In this document: in pieces, positions 46,279 to 55,987 of the stretch
Layout of the letters: each line of letters starts with the position of its first letter
Numbering within the stretch: the first letter of the stretch is position 1
Source: an uncultured Actinomycetota bacterium
GTDB lineage: Bacteria; Actinomycetota; Thermoleophilia; Gaiellales; F1-60-MAGs149
Direction of reading: 5' to 3'
Length of the DNA: 64,000 nt
Assembly: GCA_963767885.1 (NCBI GenBank)
Contig: CAVYFW010000006.1
Location: forward strand, 156,172 to 220,171
Notes under the pieces: model-generated
What the model saw: the letters and a program-made list of their open reading frames with translations, nothing else
Databases searched by the model: none
What the model was told of the DNA's origin: nothing
Program-made: the position numbers and the translations under genes

Positions 46279-47686
46279 CTAGACCGGCAGCACGCAGGCG
46301 AACGTGCGCGTCGTGGACGCAGCGGCCGGCGCCTCGCGCAGCGCCGCCTCGGTGTCCACGCCCTGCCACGCCGGCACGGTCACCGTCCGCGCGCCCGGCC
46401 GGCCGCCGAGCAGCAGCGGTCGGACGACCCGGTCGTTCGCCCGCGACGCCTGCACGAGCCGGCGGCGCGGGTCGACGGCGATCTCCAGGCCGTAGCTCCC
46501 GTTCGGCAGGTCGGTGACGTCGAGCGTCTGGCCGGGCAGCGTCTGGTCGTACTGGTCGCCCCAGCCCACCTGCACCGACATGTGCACGGTGCGCGCGCCG
46601 GGCCGCCCGCTCGCACAGCCGTCCGTCGCGAACGGCGGGTTCCAGCGCGCCGACGGCCGCGCCAGGTCGATGGCGTCGGTCGAGCCGAAGCAGAAGCCGA
46701 TCTTGTCGCTCGTCAGCACCGCCCGACCGCCGGCGTCGAGCAGCCGGTAGCGCGCGAGCCCGTCGAAGTGCCAGTGCAGGTGGCCGTCGCGGACGTCGTA
46801 GACGAGGTTGCCCGCCCGCCGCTGCTTCCCGTGCAGCACCTGGTAGGCCGGCATCGTCCGTCCGCGGACGCCGGCCGGCCGCCGACCGATGACGACCGCG
46901 GGCGCCGTCCCGGCGTTCCAGACGTTGGAGCCGAAGCGCAGCACGTCGCGCCCGGCGAGCGTGCGCGCGACCGAGAACCCCTGCGGCGCCAGCGGCACGA
47001 GGTCCGGCAGCGGCTGCGCCTTGCGTGCCGCGCGCGCGCCCCGCCGGCACGGTCGCCGTGCCGCGCGCGAGGGCACGCGTCGGGCGCGCCGCCACGACCC
47101 GCCCGCCGACGCGGGCGCGTCACCTGCACCGGCACCCGCAGGCGGTCGCCGGCGCGGTTCACGTGCAGCAGGCGGTCGGGCGCGATCGAGGCCTCGAAGA
47201 CGTACGCGCCGGGCTCGAGCTGCGGCAGCTGCAGGTCGAGCGGCACCGCCCAGCCGCGCTGGAGGCCCCAGACGACCGCCGTCGACAGGACGTGCCCGCA
47301 GTCGAACGGGTACCTGCGCAGCGGCGGCGCGCCGACGAGGTCGAACGGCTGGGCCAGCGGGCTGTTCGGGCACGCGTCGACGTACGTCGTCGTCACCACG
47401 CCCCCGAGGGTCGCCGGACGACCAGCCGCACCAGGCCGCGGATGCCGCGCGTGAACGAGGCGCGCCGCATCGCGAGCGGCCGCCGCTGGCCGCCGAGCAC
47501 CTGCTCGACCGCCACGCCGCCGTCCGCCCGGCGCGTCGCCCACAGCTCGAGCTCGCCTGCCCGCACCCCCACCAGCAGGGTGCGGTTGGCCATCAGCAGC
47601 GCACGCCCGTCGGGCGCCGCGAGCACCACCGACGGGTTGCGGTCCGCGAGCACGGCGAGGTCGGGCGGGGGCGTCGCCGCCAGCAC
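46279..47686 (-). pseudogene. lysyl-oxidase-like (LOX domain) protein; at least 2 frame breaks as given
   Basis: The C-terminal domain is in listed ORF 46279..47373 (LPDLVPLAPQGFSV...NLVYDVRDGHLHWHFDGLARYRLL...GFCFGSTDAID...QVGWGDQYDQTLPGQTLDVTDLPNGSYGLEI), with an HxHxH copper-site-like motif. The N-terminal parts are in two other frames (47393..47686 and 46713..47543; shifts near 47400 and 47050). No clear signal peptide is present, and the start is uncertain. Confidence 0.6.
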
Positions 47687-47782
47687 CGCCCCAGGGTACG
47701 CGAGCCCGAGGGCGCCGCGGAATGCGCGCTAGGGTGCCAGTCGTTCACCGACCAAACCCGTTGCCGAACCCGGGAGATTGGG

Positions 47783-49244
47783 ATGAGCGCCCCGACCGAG
47801 CTCGATCCTCGTCGTTGGAAGGCCCTGGCCGTCGTCTGCGCCGCCTTCTTCATGACCGGTCCTCGACGTCGCGATCGTCAACGTCGCGTTGCCCTCCATC
47901 CAGGAGGACCTCGACTTCGCGCCCTGCGGACCTGCAGTGGGTGCTCACGGCCTACGCCATCACGTTCGGCGGCTTCCTGCTGCTCGGCGGCCGCGCGGCC
48001 GACCTGCTCGGCCGCCGCCGCGTGTTCCTCGTCGGCGTCGCCCTCTTCACGCTCGCCTCGCTGCTGTGCGGCCTCGCCCAGAGCGACACCATGCTGATCG
48101 TCTCGCGCGCGATCCAGGGCTTCGGCGCGGCCATCATCACGCCCTCCGCGCTGTCCATCGTCACGACGACCTTCTCCGAGGGCGCGGAGCGCAACAAGGC
48201 GCTCGGCGTGTGGGGCGCCATCGGCGGCTCCGGCGCCGCGGCCGGCGTGCTCTTCGGCGGGATGCTGACGGAGTGGCTCGGCTGGGAGTGGATCTTCTTC
48301 GTCAACCTCCCCGTCGGCATCATCGCCTTCATCCTCGCTCCGCGCTTCGTCAAGGAGAGCCGCGAGGAGGGGATCGAGCGCGCGCTTCGACCCGCTCGGC
48401 GCCATCACCGTGGCCGGCGGCCTCGCGCTGCTCGTCTACGCCATGTCGCAGGCGCCGAACGACGGCTGGACGTCCGCCACCACGATCCTGCGGCTGGCCG
48501 TGGCCGTGATCCTGCTGGTCGCCTTCGTCGTCATCGAGCGCCGCGTCACGGCCCCGCTCGTGCCGCTCAGCATCTTCAGCCACCGCACGCTGACGGGCGC
48601 GAACATCGTCGGCTTCCTGCTCGGCGCGACGATCTTCGCCAACTTCTTCGTGCTCACGCTCTACGTGCAGGACGTGCTGGGCTGGTCGGCGCTGCGCACC
48701 GGCGTCACGTTCCTGGCCACGGCGGGCACCGCGGTGGTGGTCGCCGGCGTCGCGCAGGCCATGGTCACGAAGATCGGGGTCAAGCCCGTGATGACCGTCG
48801 GCCTGATCCTGCTGGCGCTCGGCGATGCTCTGGTACACGCAGCTGCCCGTCCACGGCGACTACGTGCGCGACCTGCTACCGGGCTACGTCGTCGTCGGCA
48901 TCGGCATCCCCGCGGCCTTCATCCCCATCTCGATCGCCGCGCTCGCCGGCATCCGAGCCACAGGAGGCCGGGCTCGCGTCGGGCCTCATCAACACGAGCC
49001 AGCAGATCGGCGGCGCGATCGGCACGGCCATCGCCTCGACGATCTTCATCACGCGCATCAAGGACAACCTCGCGGAGGGCATGAGCGCGCCGAACGCCCT
49101 GACCGACGCCTACACGCTGGCCTTCTGGGGCATCTTCGTGATCGCCGTCCTGGGCGTCGTGGCGTGTCTGGTCTTCGTGCGCAGCTCGGAGCTCGGGCCG
49201 GCCCACGACGCGAGGCGGCCGAGGCGGCGCCGGCGCAGGCCTGA
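47783..49244 (+). pseudogene. MFS transporter (DHA2/EmrB-like, 14-TMS drug:H+ antiporter type); about 6 frame breaks as given
   Basis: ATG at 47783 follows GGGAGA. The pieces lie in alternating frames (shifts near 47852, 47925, 48380, 48822, 48952, 49205). They are MSAPTELDPRRWKALAVVCAAFFMT / VLDVAIVNVALPSIQEDLDFAP / ADLQWVLTAYAITFGGFLLLGGRAADLLGRRRVFLVG... / GGLALLVYAMSQAPNDGW... / MLWYTQLPVHGDYVRDLLPGYVVVGIGIP... / EPQEAGLASGLINTSQQIGGAIGTAI.... Confidence 0.8.
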
Positions 49245-49246
49245 GC

Positions 49247-49660
49247 TCAGTCGACGAGGAGGAGCTCGCGGCGGGCGATCTTGCCGCCGGCGATGGCGTA
49301 GGCCTTGAGGTCGGCGGGGTCCGTCGCGAGCGACACGATGAGGTAGGCGGCGTCGGGCCAGAAGGCGAGCTCGACGTCGGTCCGCGAGGGGAACGCCGGC
49401 GACTGCGTGTGCGAGTGGTAGATCGCGAGGATCTCGTCGTCGGCGTCCTCGATCTCGGTGACGATGCGCAGCAGGTCCTGCGACTCGATCGAGTAGCGGT
49501 ACGGGCTCGCGTCGCCGTTGACGGCGGGATGGAAGCGCGTGACCGCCGCGCCCGTGCCGGAGAGGATGCCGCACGCCTCGTCGGGCAGGCCGGCCCGGGC
49601 GTGCGCGACGAGCTCGTCGGCGATCGCGCGCGGCAGCTCCAGCGCCGGCGCGCTCACCAC
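49247..49660 (-). CDS. mec: JAMM/MPN+ metalloprotease, Mec-like (CysO-cysteine peptidase)
   Basis: GTG at 49660 or 49657 overlaps the cysM stop. The ORF is 137 aa, with EACGIL and the JAMM motif HSHTQSPAFPSRTD. Confidence 0.85.
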   Translation of the reverse strand: MVSAPALELPRAIADELVAHARAGLPDEACGILSGTGAAVTRFHPAVNGDASPYRYSIESQDLLRIVTEIEDADDEILAIYHSHTQSPAFPSRTDVELAFWPDAAYLIVSLATDPADLKAYAIAGGKIARRELLLVD

Positions 49661-50622
49661 CAGAGCTTCGACTCCATCTCCGCCTCGAGCTCGTCCTCCG
49701 GGCGATCCCAGAGGCCGGCCGAGGCGTACTTCCAGCCGCCGTCCGCGAACAGCATCACGACGTTCTGGTCGGGGTCGAGCTCGGCGGCGACGCGGCGGCC
49801 GACGGCGAGCACCGCGCCGGCGCAGACGCCGACCCAGAGGCCCTCCTGGTCGAGCAGCGCGCGCAGGCCGCGCACCGCCTCGCCGTTGGAGACGAGGATC
49901 TTGCGGTCGAGCTGGGTGATGTCGAGGATCTCGGGCGTGTAGCCGTCGTCCAGCGAGCGCAGGCCCATCACCGGGTCGCCCTGCAGGGGCTCGGCGGCGA
50001 TGATCTGCACGTCGGGCCGCGCCTCGCGCAGCGCCCGGCCGGTGCCCATCAGCGTGCCGCCCGTGCCGAGGCCGGCCACGAAGGCGTCGACGTGGCCGTC
50101 CAGGTCCTCGAGGATCTCGGGGCCGGTGGTGCGGTAGTGCGCGTCGGGGTTGGCCTGGTTCGCGTACTGGAACGGCATGTAGACCGTCGGGTCCTGGGCC
50201 GCGAGCTCGCGGGCCAGGCGCACCGACCCGTTCGAGCCCTCCTCGCCGGGCGACCAGACGATCTCGGCGCCGTACATGCGCAGCATCTGCGCCCGCTCCG
50301 GGGTCGCCGACTCCGGCATCACGGCGCGCAGCCGGTAGCCGCGCACGGCGCAGACCATGGCCAGCGAGATGCCGGTGTTGCCGCTCGTCGGCTCGAGCAC
50401 GGTCTGCCCGGGCAGCAGCAGCCCGTCGCGCTCGGCCGCGTCGATCAGCGACAGCGCGACGCGGTCCTTGACGGAGCCGGTCGGGTTGGCCTGCTCCAGC
50501 TTCGCCCACAGCCGCGCGCCGCCCTCGGGGCGCAGGCGCGGCAGCTCCACCAGCGGCGTGTTGCCGATCGCGGAGAGGACGTCGGGGCTGGTCCCGCGCG
50601 CAGCGAGCGCGATCGGGTTCAC
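49654..50622 (-). CDS. cysM: cysteine synthase B-type PLP enzyme (CysM, O-phosphoserine sulfhydrylase-like)
   Basis: GTG at 50622 (VNPIALAARGTSPDVLSAIGNTPLVELPRL...EQANPTGSVKDR...TSGNTGISLA...GLGTGGTLMG). It is the last 322 codons of listed ORF 49654..50910. The start overlaps the cysO stop (GTGA). Confidence 0.85.
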   Translation of the reverse strand: MNPIALAARGTSPDVLSAIGNTPLVELPRLRPEGGARLWAKLEQANPTGSVKDRVALSLIDAAERDGLLLPGQTVLEPTSGNTGISLAMVCAVRGYRLRAVMPESATPERAQMLRMYGAEIVWSPGEEGSNGSVRLARELAAQDPTVYMPFQYANQANPDAHYRTTGPEILEDLDGHVDAFVAGLGTGGTLMGTGRALREARPDVQIIAAEPLQGDPVMGLRSLDDGYTPEILDITQLDRKILVSNGEAVRGLRALLDQEGLWVGVCAGAVLAVGRRVAAELDPDQNVVMLFADGGWKYASAGLWDRPEDELEAEMESKLWW

Positions 50623-50910
50623 CGGCCGCCGCCCGCCATCGCCGGGATGACGCGCACCGTGCCGCCCTCGACCAGGGTGCGTCTCGAGGCCCTCGCCGAG
50701 GCGCACGTCCTCGTTCTCGACGTAGACGTTGACGAAGCGGTTGAGCTCGCCGGCGTCGTCGACCAGGTGGCCGCGCACGCCCGGGTAGCGCGCGAACAGG
50801 TCGTCCAGCGCCTCGCGCAGCGTCGCGCCCTCGACCTCGACGTCGCGCTCGCCGTCGACCTGCGGGCGCAGGACCGGCGGCATGCGGAGCTTCACGGCCA
50901 CCTCAGGCAC
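50619..50910 (-). pseudogene. cysO: ThiS/MoaD-like sulfur-carrier protein CysO; one frame break (extra C in a C-run) as given
   Basis: GTG at 50910: (M)PEVAVKLRMPPVLRPQVDGERDVEVEGATLREALDDLFARYPGVRGHLVDDAGELNRFVNVYVENEDVRLGEGLETH. After a shift near 50665 it reads LVEGGTVRVIPAMAGGGR* (stop 50621-50619). In the given frame it fuses to cysM. Confidence 0.75.
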
Positions 50911-52102
50911 CCGCGGCCTGCGTCGCCGGAGCCGCGTGGGCGCCGCCCGCGCAGAACTCCTCGTAGTCGATGTAGCGGATCTCGCCCGCGTGCTCGCCGC
51001 AGACCGGGCAGCTCGGGTCGCGCCGCAGCCGCACCTCGTCGAACGTCGAGTGCAGCGCGTCGACCAGCAGCAGGCGCCCGGTCAGCGGTCTCGCCGATGC
51101 CGAGCAGCAGCTTCAGCGCCTCGGTCGCCTGCAGCGTGCCCATGATGCCGGGCAGCACGCCGAGGACGCCGCCCTCGGCGCACGACGGGGCCATCTCGGC
51201 CGGCGGCGGCTCCGGGAAGAGGCAGCGGTAGCACGGGCCCTCGTACGGCTGGAAGACCGTCAGCTGGCCCTCGAAGCGGAAGATCGACGCGTGCACCACC
51301 GGGATGCGGTGGATCAGGCTCGCGTCGTTCAGCAGGTAGCGCGTCGGGAAGTTGTCCGTGCCGTCGACGATCACGTCGTAGCCCGCGAGGATGCGGTCGA
51401 CGTTCTCGGAGGTCAGGCGCTCGCGGTACTCGACGATCTCGACGTCCGGGTTGAGGGCCGTGCAGCGTCTGGCGCGCCGACTCCGTCTTCGGCCATGCCG
51501 ATGCGCTCGGTCGAGTGCAGCACCTGGCGCTGCAGGTTCGAGTCGTCGACGACGTCCTCGTCGACGATGCCGATCGTGCCCACGCCGGCGGCGGCCAGGT
51601 AGAGCGCGGCGGGCGAGCCGAGGCCGCCGGCGCCGATCATCAGCACCTTCGAGGACAGCAGCTTGAGCTGGCCCTCCTCGCCGACCTCGGGGATCAGCAG
51701 GTGGCGGCTGTAGCGGCGGCGCTTGTCGGCGTCGAGCAGCGTCGGCTCGGCCCACTCGTAGCCGTTCTGCTTCCAGCGGGAGAAGCCGCCGGCGAGCGAG
51801 CGGACGTGCTCGTAGCCGAGGTCCTGCAGGCTCTTGGCGGCGAACGCCGAGCGGGCGCCGGACTGGCAGGACAGGATGATGGGCGTCGAGCGGTCGCGCA
51901 CGATGTTCTCGATGCGCGACTCGAGGAAGCCGCGGGGCACGTGCACCGCGCCGGGGATGGCGCCCTGCTCGAACTCGTCCAGCTCGCGGACGTCGATGAG
52001 CAGCGGCGGCGCGTCGCCCGTCAGCTCCTCGTTGGCGGTGCGGGCGTCGACCTCCTCGATCTCGCCCTTCACCTGGGCGAGCAGTTCGCGGTACGACGAC
52101 AT
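50903..52102 (-). pseudogene. rhodanese-ThiF/MoeB fusion (E1-like sulfur-carrier adenylyltransferase/sulfurtransferase, MoeZ-like function); about 3 frame breaks as given
   Basis: ATG at 52102. The N-terminal rhodanese domain has the active-site loop SCQSGARS. The ThiF domain follows (KVLMIGAGGLGSPAALYLAAAGVGTIGIVDEDVVDDSNLQRQVLH / KTESARQTLHG / LNPDVEIVEY...DGTDNFPTRYLLNDA...GPCYRCLFPEPPP...GVLGVLPG / LTGRLLLVDALHSTFDEVRLRRDPSCPVCGE...*). Shifts lie near 51490, 51455 and 51095. The stop at 50905-50903 overlaps the cysO GTG by 8 nt. Confidence 0.8.
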
Positions 52103-52119
52103 CAGTTCCTCTCTACAAG

Positions 52120-52152
52120 CGGGTTCCCGCCTCAGGCCGGCCTGGAAACCCG
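52120..52152 (-). promoter_or_regulatory. leader hairpin just upstream of the RBS of the rhodanese-ThiF gene
   Basis: The minus-strand RNA is CGGGUUUCC-(15 nt containing GGCCGGCC)-GGGAACCCG: a 9-bp stem whose U-G pair forms only in the minus-strand transcript. It is followed by GAGAGGA and the ATG. Confidence 0.3.
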
Positions 52153-52287
52153 ATAGGTAATGCTTATGCGAAGCGCGCTCGTGTATAGACGATGCTGCGT
52201 GATCGAACGCCCCGCGTCAAGCAGCTATTCCCCTGCTGGCGCCGTGCCGGAGGGGGCGCACGGTTCGCGCTGGTACCCTCGCGCTCC

Positions 52288-53361
52288 GTGGAGCATCCGG
52301 TCGGTCCGACACTCCGGCGCGCGCCCGGCCGCCGGCTGGCCGTCCTGGTGATCGCCGCCCTCGTGGGCGCGCTGGCCACCGTCGCCATCGCGGCCTGGAC
52401 GGCGACCGACGAGCCGGCGCGGCCAGTCGGCCGCCGCGAGCGCGAGCGCCGACCCGCTGCCGGGGCGCCCGCCGCTGCTGGTGCTGCCGCTGCCGGAGAC
52501 GGCGGCGCTGACCGGCGAGCCGCGCCGCACGGCCGTCGAGGACCTGGCGCGGTCGCGCCCGGACGACCTCGACGCGCAGCTCGCGCTCGTCGCGGTCGAC
52601 CTGCGAGTTCGAGCGGCGCGACGAGGCCACGGCGGCGCTCGAGCGCGCCGCCGCGATCGCCCCGGACGACCCGCGCGTGGCGGCGGCGCGGCTGACGCTG
52701 GGCTACGACCCGGCCAGCCCGCAGGCGACGATCGACGCCCTCGCGACGCTGGTCGAGCAGCAGCCGGACGTCCCGCTGGCGCGCTTCCAGCTCGGCGTCG
52801 CGCAGCTCTGGGCGGGCCACGCCGACACGGCGCAGAAGACGCTCCTCGACCTCCGCGACCGCGAGGGCGAGGGGACGTACGCGCTCGGCGGCCGACGACC
52901 TGCTGCACCCCGGCCTGGCCCCGGGCTACCCGCCGTACTTCACGTCGTTCGATCCCGACGAGGGCAGCATCGAGCAGCTGCAGGCCATCGCCAAGGAGCG
53001 CTCGACCGACGTCCAGGCGCAGCTGCAGCTCGGCGCCGCGCTCGCCGGTGCGGGCCGTCGGGCCGACGCCGCCGAGGCGTTCGCGCGCGCGCTGACGCTC
53101 GACCCGAACTCCGTGGAGGCGCAGGTCGCGCGGGCCGTCAACGCCTTCGACAAGGACGACCCGTCCGGCACGTTCTCGATCCTCGGGCCGCTCGCCGCCG
53201 ACCATCCGGACGACCCGTCGGCACGCTTCGCCCTGGCCGTGTGCCTGCTCTGGCTGCGCGACGTGGAGCGGGCGCGCTCGGAGTTCCGCCAGGTGCAGGA
53301 CGATGCGCCCGGCACGCGGCTGGCGCGGCTCGCGGCGGCGCTCGAACAGCAGGCTCGGTAA
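52288..53361 (+). pseudogene. membrane-anchored TPR-like protein; 3 frame breaks as given
   Basis: GTG at 52288 (VEHPVGPTLRRAPGRRLAVLVIAALVGALATVAIAAW). Three consecutive +1 steps follow near 52432, 52605 and 52885. The pieces are ...LPLPETAALTGEPRRTAVEDLARSRPDDLDAQLALVAVDL / EFERRDEATAALERAAAIAPDDPRVAAARLTLGYD...LWAGHADTAQKTLLDL / ADDLLHPGLAPGYPPYF...AFARALTLDPNSVEAQVARA...AALEQQAR*. Confidence 0.6.
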
Positions 53362-53387
53362 GCCCGCGCAAAGCTTCTAGTATTTAT

Positions 53388-53407
53388 GTCCTAGTAACAA
53401 CTAGGAC
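53388..53407. terminator. hairpin GTCCTAGT-AACA-ACTAGGAC in the AT-richer gap upstream of the sigma factor gene
   Basis: Perfect 8-bp stem, 27 nt after the TPR-like gene stop and 80 nt before the sigma ATG. It could be a terminator or an operator. TAGTAT at 53378-53383 is a possible -10 hexamer. Confidence 0.35.
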
Positions 53408-53487
53408 TTCCCTGGCATTCCGCCGATCTCGCCCGTATGCTGCCCACTCCAAGGGCACAGGGTTCCTCGTAGGGGGGAAGGCGGCCA

Positions 53488-54573
53488 ATGGAAGCGGGAA
53501 TGGGGGACGACGCAGGTGGGCGCGCGTTCGCGGACGTGCTGGCCCTCGACGAGGCGCAGCGGCTCCTGGAGCGCGGTCTCGAGGTCGGCTTCCTGACCCA
53601 GGACGAGATCGTCGGCGCGCTCGACGACCTCGATCTCGACGCCAGCGCGATCGACGACGTCTACCGCGCGCTCGAGCTGCACCAGGTCGACGTGGTGGAG
53701 GGCGAGGAGGGCGCGCCCGCGCCCGAGCAGGACCTCGATCTGTCCACGCGCGAGATCTCGATGGACGGGCTGCAGCTGTTCCTCAAGGACATCGGCCGCG
53801 TCCCGCTGCTGACCGCCGCCCAGGAGATCGAGCTCGCCAAGCGCATCGAGCGCGGCGACCACGCGGCGAAGACGCACATGATCGAGGCCAACCTGCGGCT
53901 GGTGGTGTCGATCGCCAAGAACTACCGCAACCAGGGCCTGCCCTTCCTCGACCTGATCCAGGAGGGGACGATCGGCCTCGTGCGCGCGACGGAGAAGTTC
54001 GACTACCGGCGCGGCTACAAGTTCTCGACCTACGCGACGTGGTGGATCCGCCAGGCGGTCGCGCGCGCGCTCGCGGACAAGGCGCGCACGATCCGCATGC
54101 CGGTGCACGTCGTCGAGAAGCTGAACAAGATCGGCCGCGTGGAGCGCAAGCTGCTGGCGCGGCTGGGGCGCGAGCCCACGCTGGAGGAGCTCGCCGTCGA
54201 GGTCGACCTGCCCGTCGACGAGATCGAGTACATCCGGCGCGCGGCGCAGGCGCCGATCTCGCTGGAGAAGCCCGTCGGCGAGGACGAGGAGTCGACGTTC
54301 GGCGACTTCCTGCCGGACGGCGCCGACCGGCCCGAGGAGACCGTCGAGGTGCGGCTGCAGAAGGAGACGCTGTACGAGCTCCTGGCGCAGCTGCCGTACC
54401 GCGAGCGGCGCGTGCTCGAGCTCCGCTACGGCCTCGACGGCAAGAGCCCGCGCACGCTCGACGAGGTCGGCCGCACGTTCCGCGTCACGCGGGAGCGCAT
54501 CCGGCAGATCGAGAACCAGAGCCTGCGCAAGCTGCAGGGCATGGCGGCCGCCCAGCGGCTGCGCGTGGCGTAG
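53488..54573 (+). CDS. RNA polymerase sigma-70 factor, RpoD/SigA-like (group 1 or 2)
   Basis: Intact 361-aa ORF. Region 1.2 is [24 protein letters not shown]. Region 2 is [58 protein letters not shown]. Region 3 is [15 protein letters not shown]. Region 4.2 is [28 protein letters not shown]. Confidence 0.9.
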   Translation: MEAGMGDDAGGRAFADVLALDEAQRLLERGLEVGFLTQDEIVGALDDLDLDASAIDDVYRALELHQVDVVEGEEGAPAPEQDLDLSTREISMDGLQLFLKDIGRVPLLTAAQEIELAKRIERGDHAAKTHMIEANLRLVVSIAKNYRNQGLPFLDLIQEGTIGLVRATEKFDYRRGYKFSTYATWWIRQAVARALADKARTIRMPVHVVEKLNKIGRVERKLLARLGREPTLEELAVEVDLPVDEIEYIRRAAQAPISLEKPVGEDEESTFGDFLPDGADRPEETVEVRLQKETLYELLAQLPYRERRVLELRYGLDGKSPRTLDEVGRTFRVTRERIRQIENQSLRKLQGMAAAQRLRVA

Positions 54574-54640
54574 CAGCCGGACGCTGCCTCGACCTGAGCG
54601 ACCCGTTCGGCTTCCGCAGCTCGACGCCGCTGTCCCCGCG

Positions 54641-55987
54641 TCAGCGGCGCAGCAGCGCGACCGCCGGCAGCACCAGGGCGCAGACGACGCCCGCCGCCAG
54701 GTAGGCCATCTGCGCGCCGTCGTGGACGGCGGGGACCGACCCCGTCCCCGCCTCCGCGGCGTCCAGCGCCGACTGACCGGCCACCGCGGCGACGATGGCG
54801 CCCGCGAGCGCGATGCCGACGCCGCCGCCGATCGTGCGGGCGACCGGCACGCTGGAGGTCACGCGGCCCTCCTCGCCCTCCGCCCCGTCGACGACGGCGA
54901 TGAACAGGCCGGGGCTCTGGATGCCCATGCCGAGCGCCGCGACCGTCAGCCCGAGGCCGACCGCGAGGCCGCCCTCCACGGGCAGCGCCATGATCCCGCA
55001 GCCGAGGCAGGCGATCGCGGTGCCGAGCCCCATCATCGTGCGCGGGGTCAGGTGCACGCGCGCCATCGTCATGGAGCCGATCGTCCAGGCGCAGGTGGCC
55101 AGGATCAGCGGCACCGCGGCGGCGATGACGCTCCAGCCGATGCCGGCCTGCAGGTCGAGCTGCACGAAGGCCTCCGACCCCACGAAGGCCACGCCGGCGC
55201 CCCCGGCGAGCAGGCAGACGGCGCGCCCGTTGGTGGTGCGCGGGAAGACGGGCTGGGCGGAGCGGCGCTCGTACCACACGAAGAGGGCCGCGGGCACGAC
55301 GGCGGCGAGCGGCACCAGCAGCAGGAGGAGGACGACGAGGGCCAGCAGCGCGGGGCCGATCACGTTCAGCCGGACGTGCTCCGCCGGCGCCGGTACGTGC
55401 CCGCGCAGGCCGCGGCGCGCGAGGAACAGGCTGAGCGCGAGCGGCGGCAGGCCGACGAGGAACACCAGCCGCCACGATGCGACCTCGGTCAGCAGCGAGC
55501 CGAGCGGCGGCCCGAGCAGCGCGGACGCGCTCCAGGTGGCGGCGTTGAGCGCCAGCGCGTGCCGGTGCAGGTACGACGGCAGGAACTGCATGATCGCCGC
55601 CAGCGGGACCGAGAACAGGAGGCCGCCCCCGAGCCCCTGCAGCGCGCGCGCCGTGGCGATCACCCACATCTGGCCGGCGGTCGCGCCGACGAACGAGCCG
55701 CAGGTGAAGCAGATGGTGCCGAGGACGAGCGTCGGCCACACGCCGCGGCGGTCGTTGAGCGCGCCGCCCACGGGCAGGCCGGCCGTCATCATCACGGAGT
55801 AGACGCCGACGACCAGCGCGTAGAGGTGGATGCCGCCGACGTCGCGCGCCGCGCTCGGCAGCGCCGGGGCGACCATCAGCACGTCGAGCGAGGCGAGGAA
55901 CGTCGCGCCGCTCGCGCCCAGCACCAGCGCCGCGTACGGGCCGGTCAGCAGGTAGCGGTAGGACGGCGCATCGGCCGTACCGGTCAC
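54641..55987 (-). CDS. MFS transporter
   Basis: GTG at 55987 overlaps the upstream stop (GTGA). The protein is about 448 aa with about 12-14 hydrophobic segments (LNDRRGVWPTLVLGTICFTCGSFVG...ARALQGLGGG...). It is the C-terminal part of listed ORF 54641..57616. Confidence 0.8.
   Translation of the reverse strand: MTGTADAPSYRYLLTGPYAALVLGASGATFLASLDVLMVAPALPSAARDVGGIHLYALVVGVYSVMMTAGLPVGGALNDRRGVWPTLVLGTICFTCGSFVGATAGQMWVIATARALQGLGGGLLFSVPLAAIMQFLPSYLHRHALALNAATWSASALLGPPLGSLLTEVASWRLVFLVGLPPLALSLFLARRGLRGHVPAPAEHVRLNVIGPALLALVVLLLLLVPLAAVVPAALFVWYERRSAQPVFPRTTNGRAVCLLAGGAGVAFVGSEAFVQLDLQAGIGWSVIAAAVPLILATCAWTIGSMTMARVHLTPRTMMGLGTAIACLGCGIMALPVEGGLAVGLGLTVAALGMGIQSPGLFIAVVDGAEGEEGRVTSSVPVARTIGGGVGIALAGAIVAAVAGQSALDAAEAGTGSVPAVHDGAQMAYLAAGVVCALVLPAVALLRR

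Noticed and set aside
44759-47095. 778-aa minus-strand ORF
   Set aside because: It lies antisense to the M36 protease and has R/A/G/P-rich composition.
49654-50910. 418-aa ORF as a natural CysO-CysM fusion
   Set aside because: The junction (HPGRGRHGARHPGDGGRRP) is junk. Removing one C gives the canonical carrier tail ...VIPAMAGG.. and a stop that overlaps the GTG of cysM.
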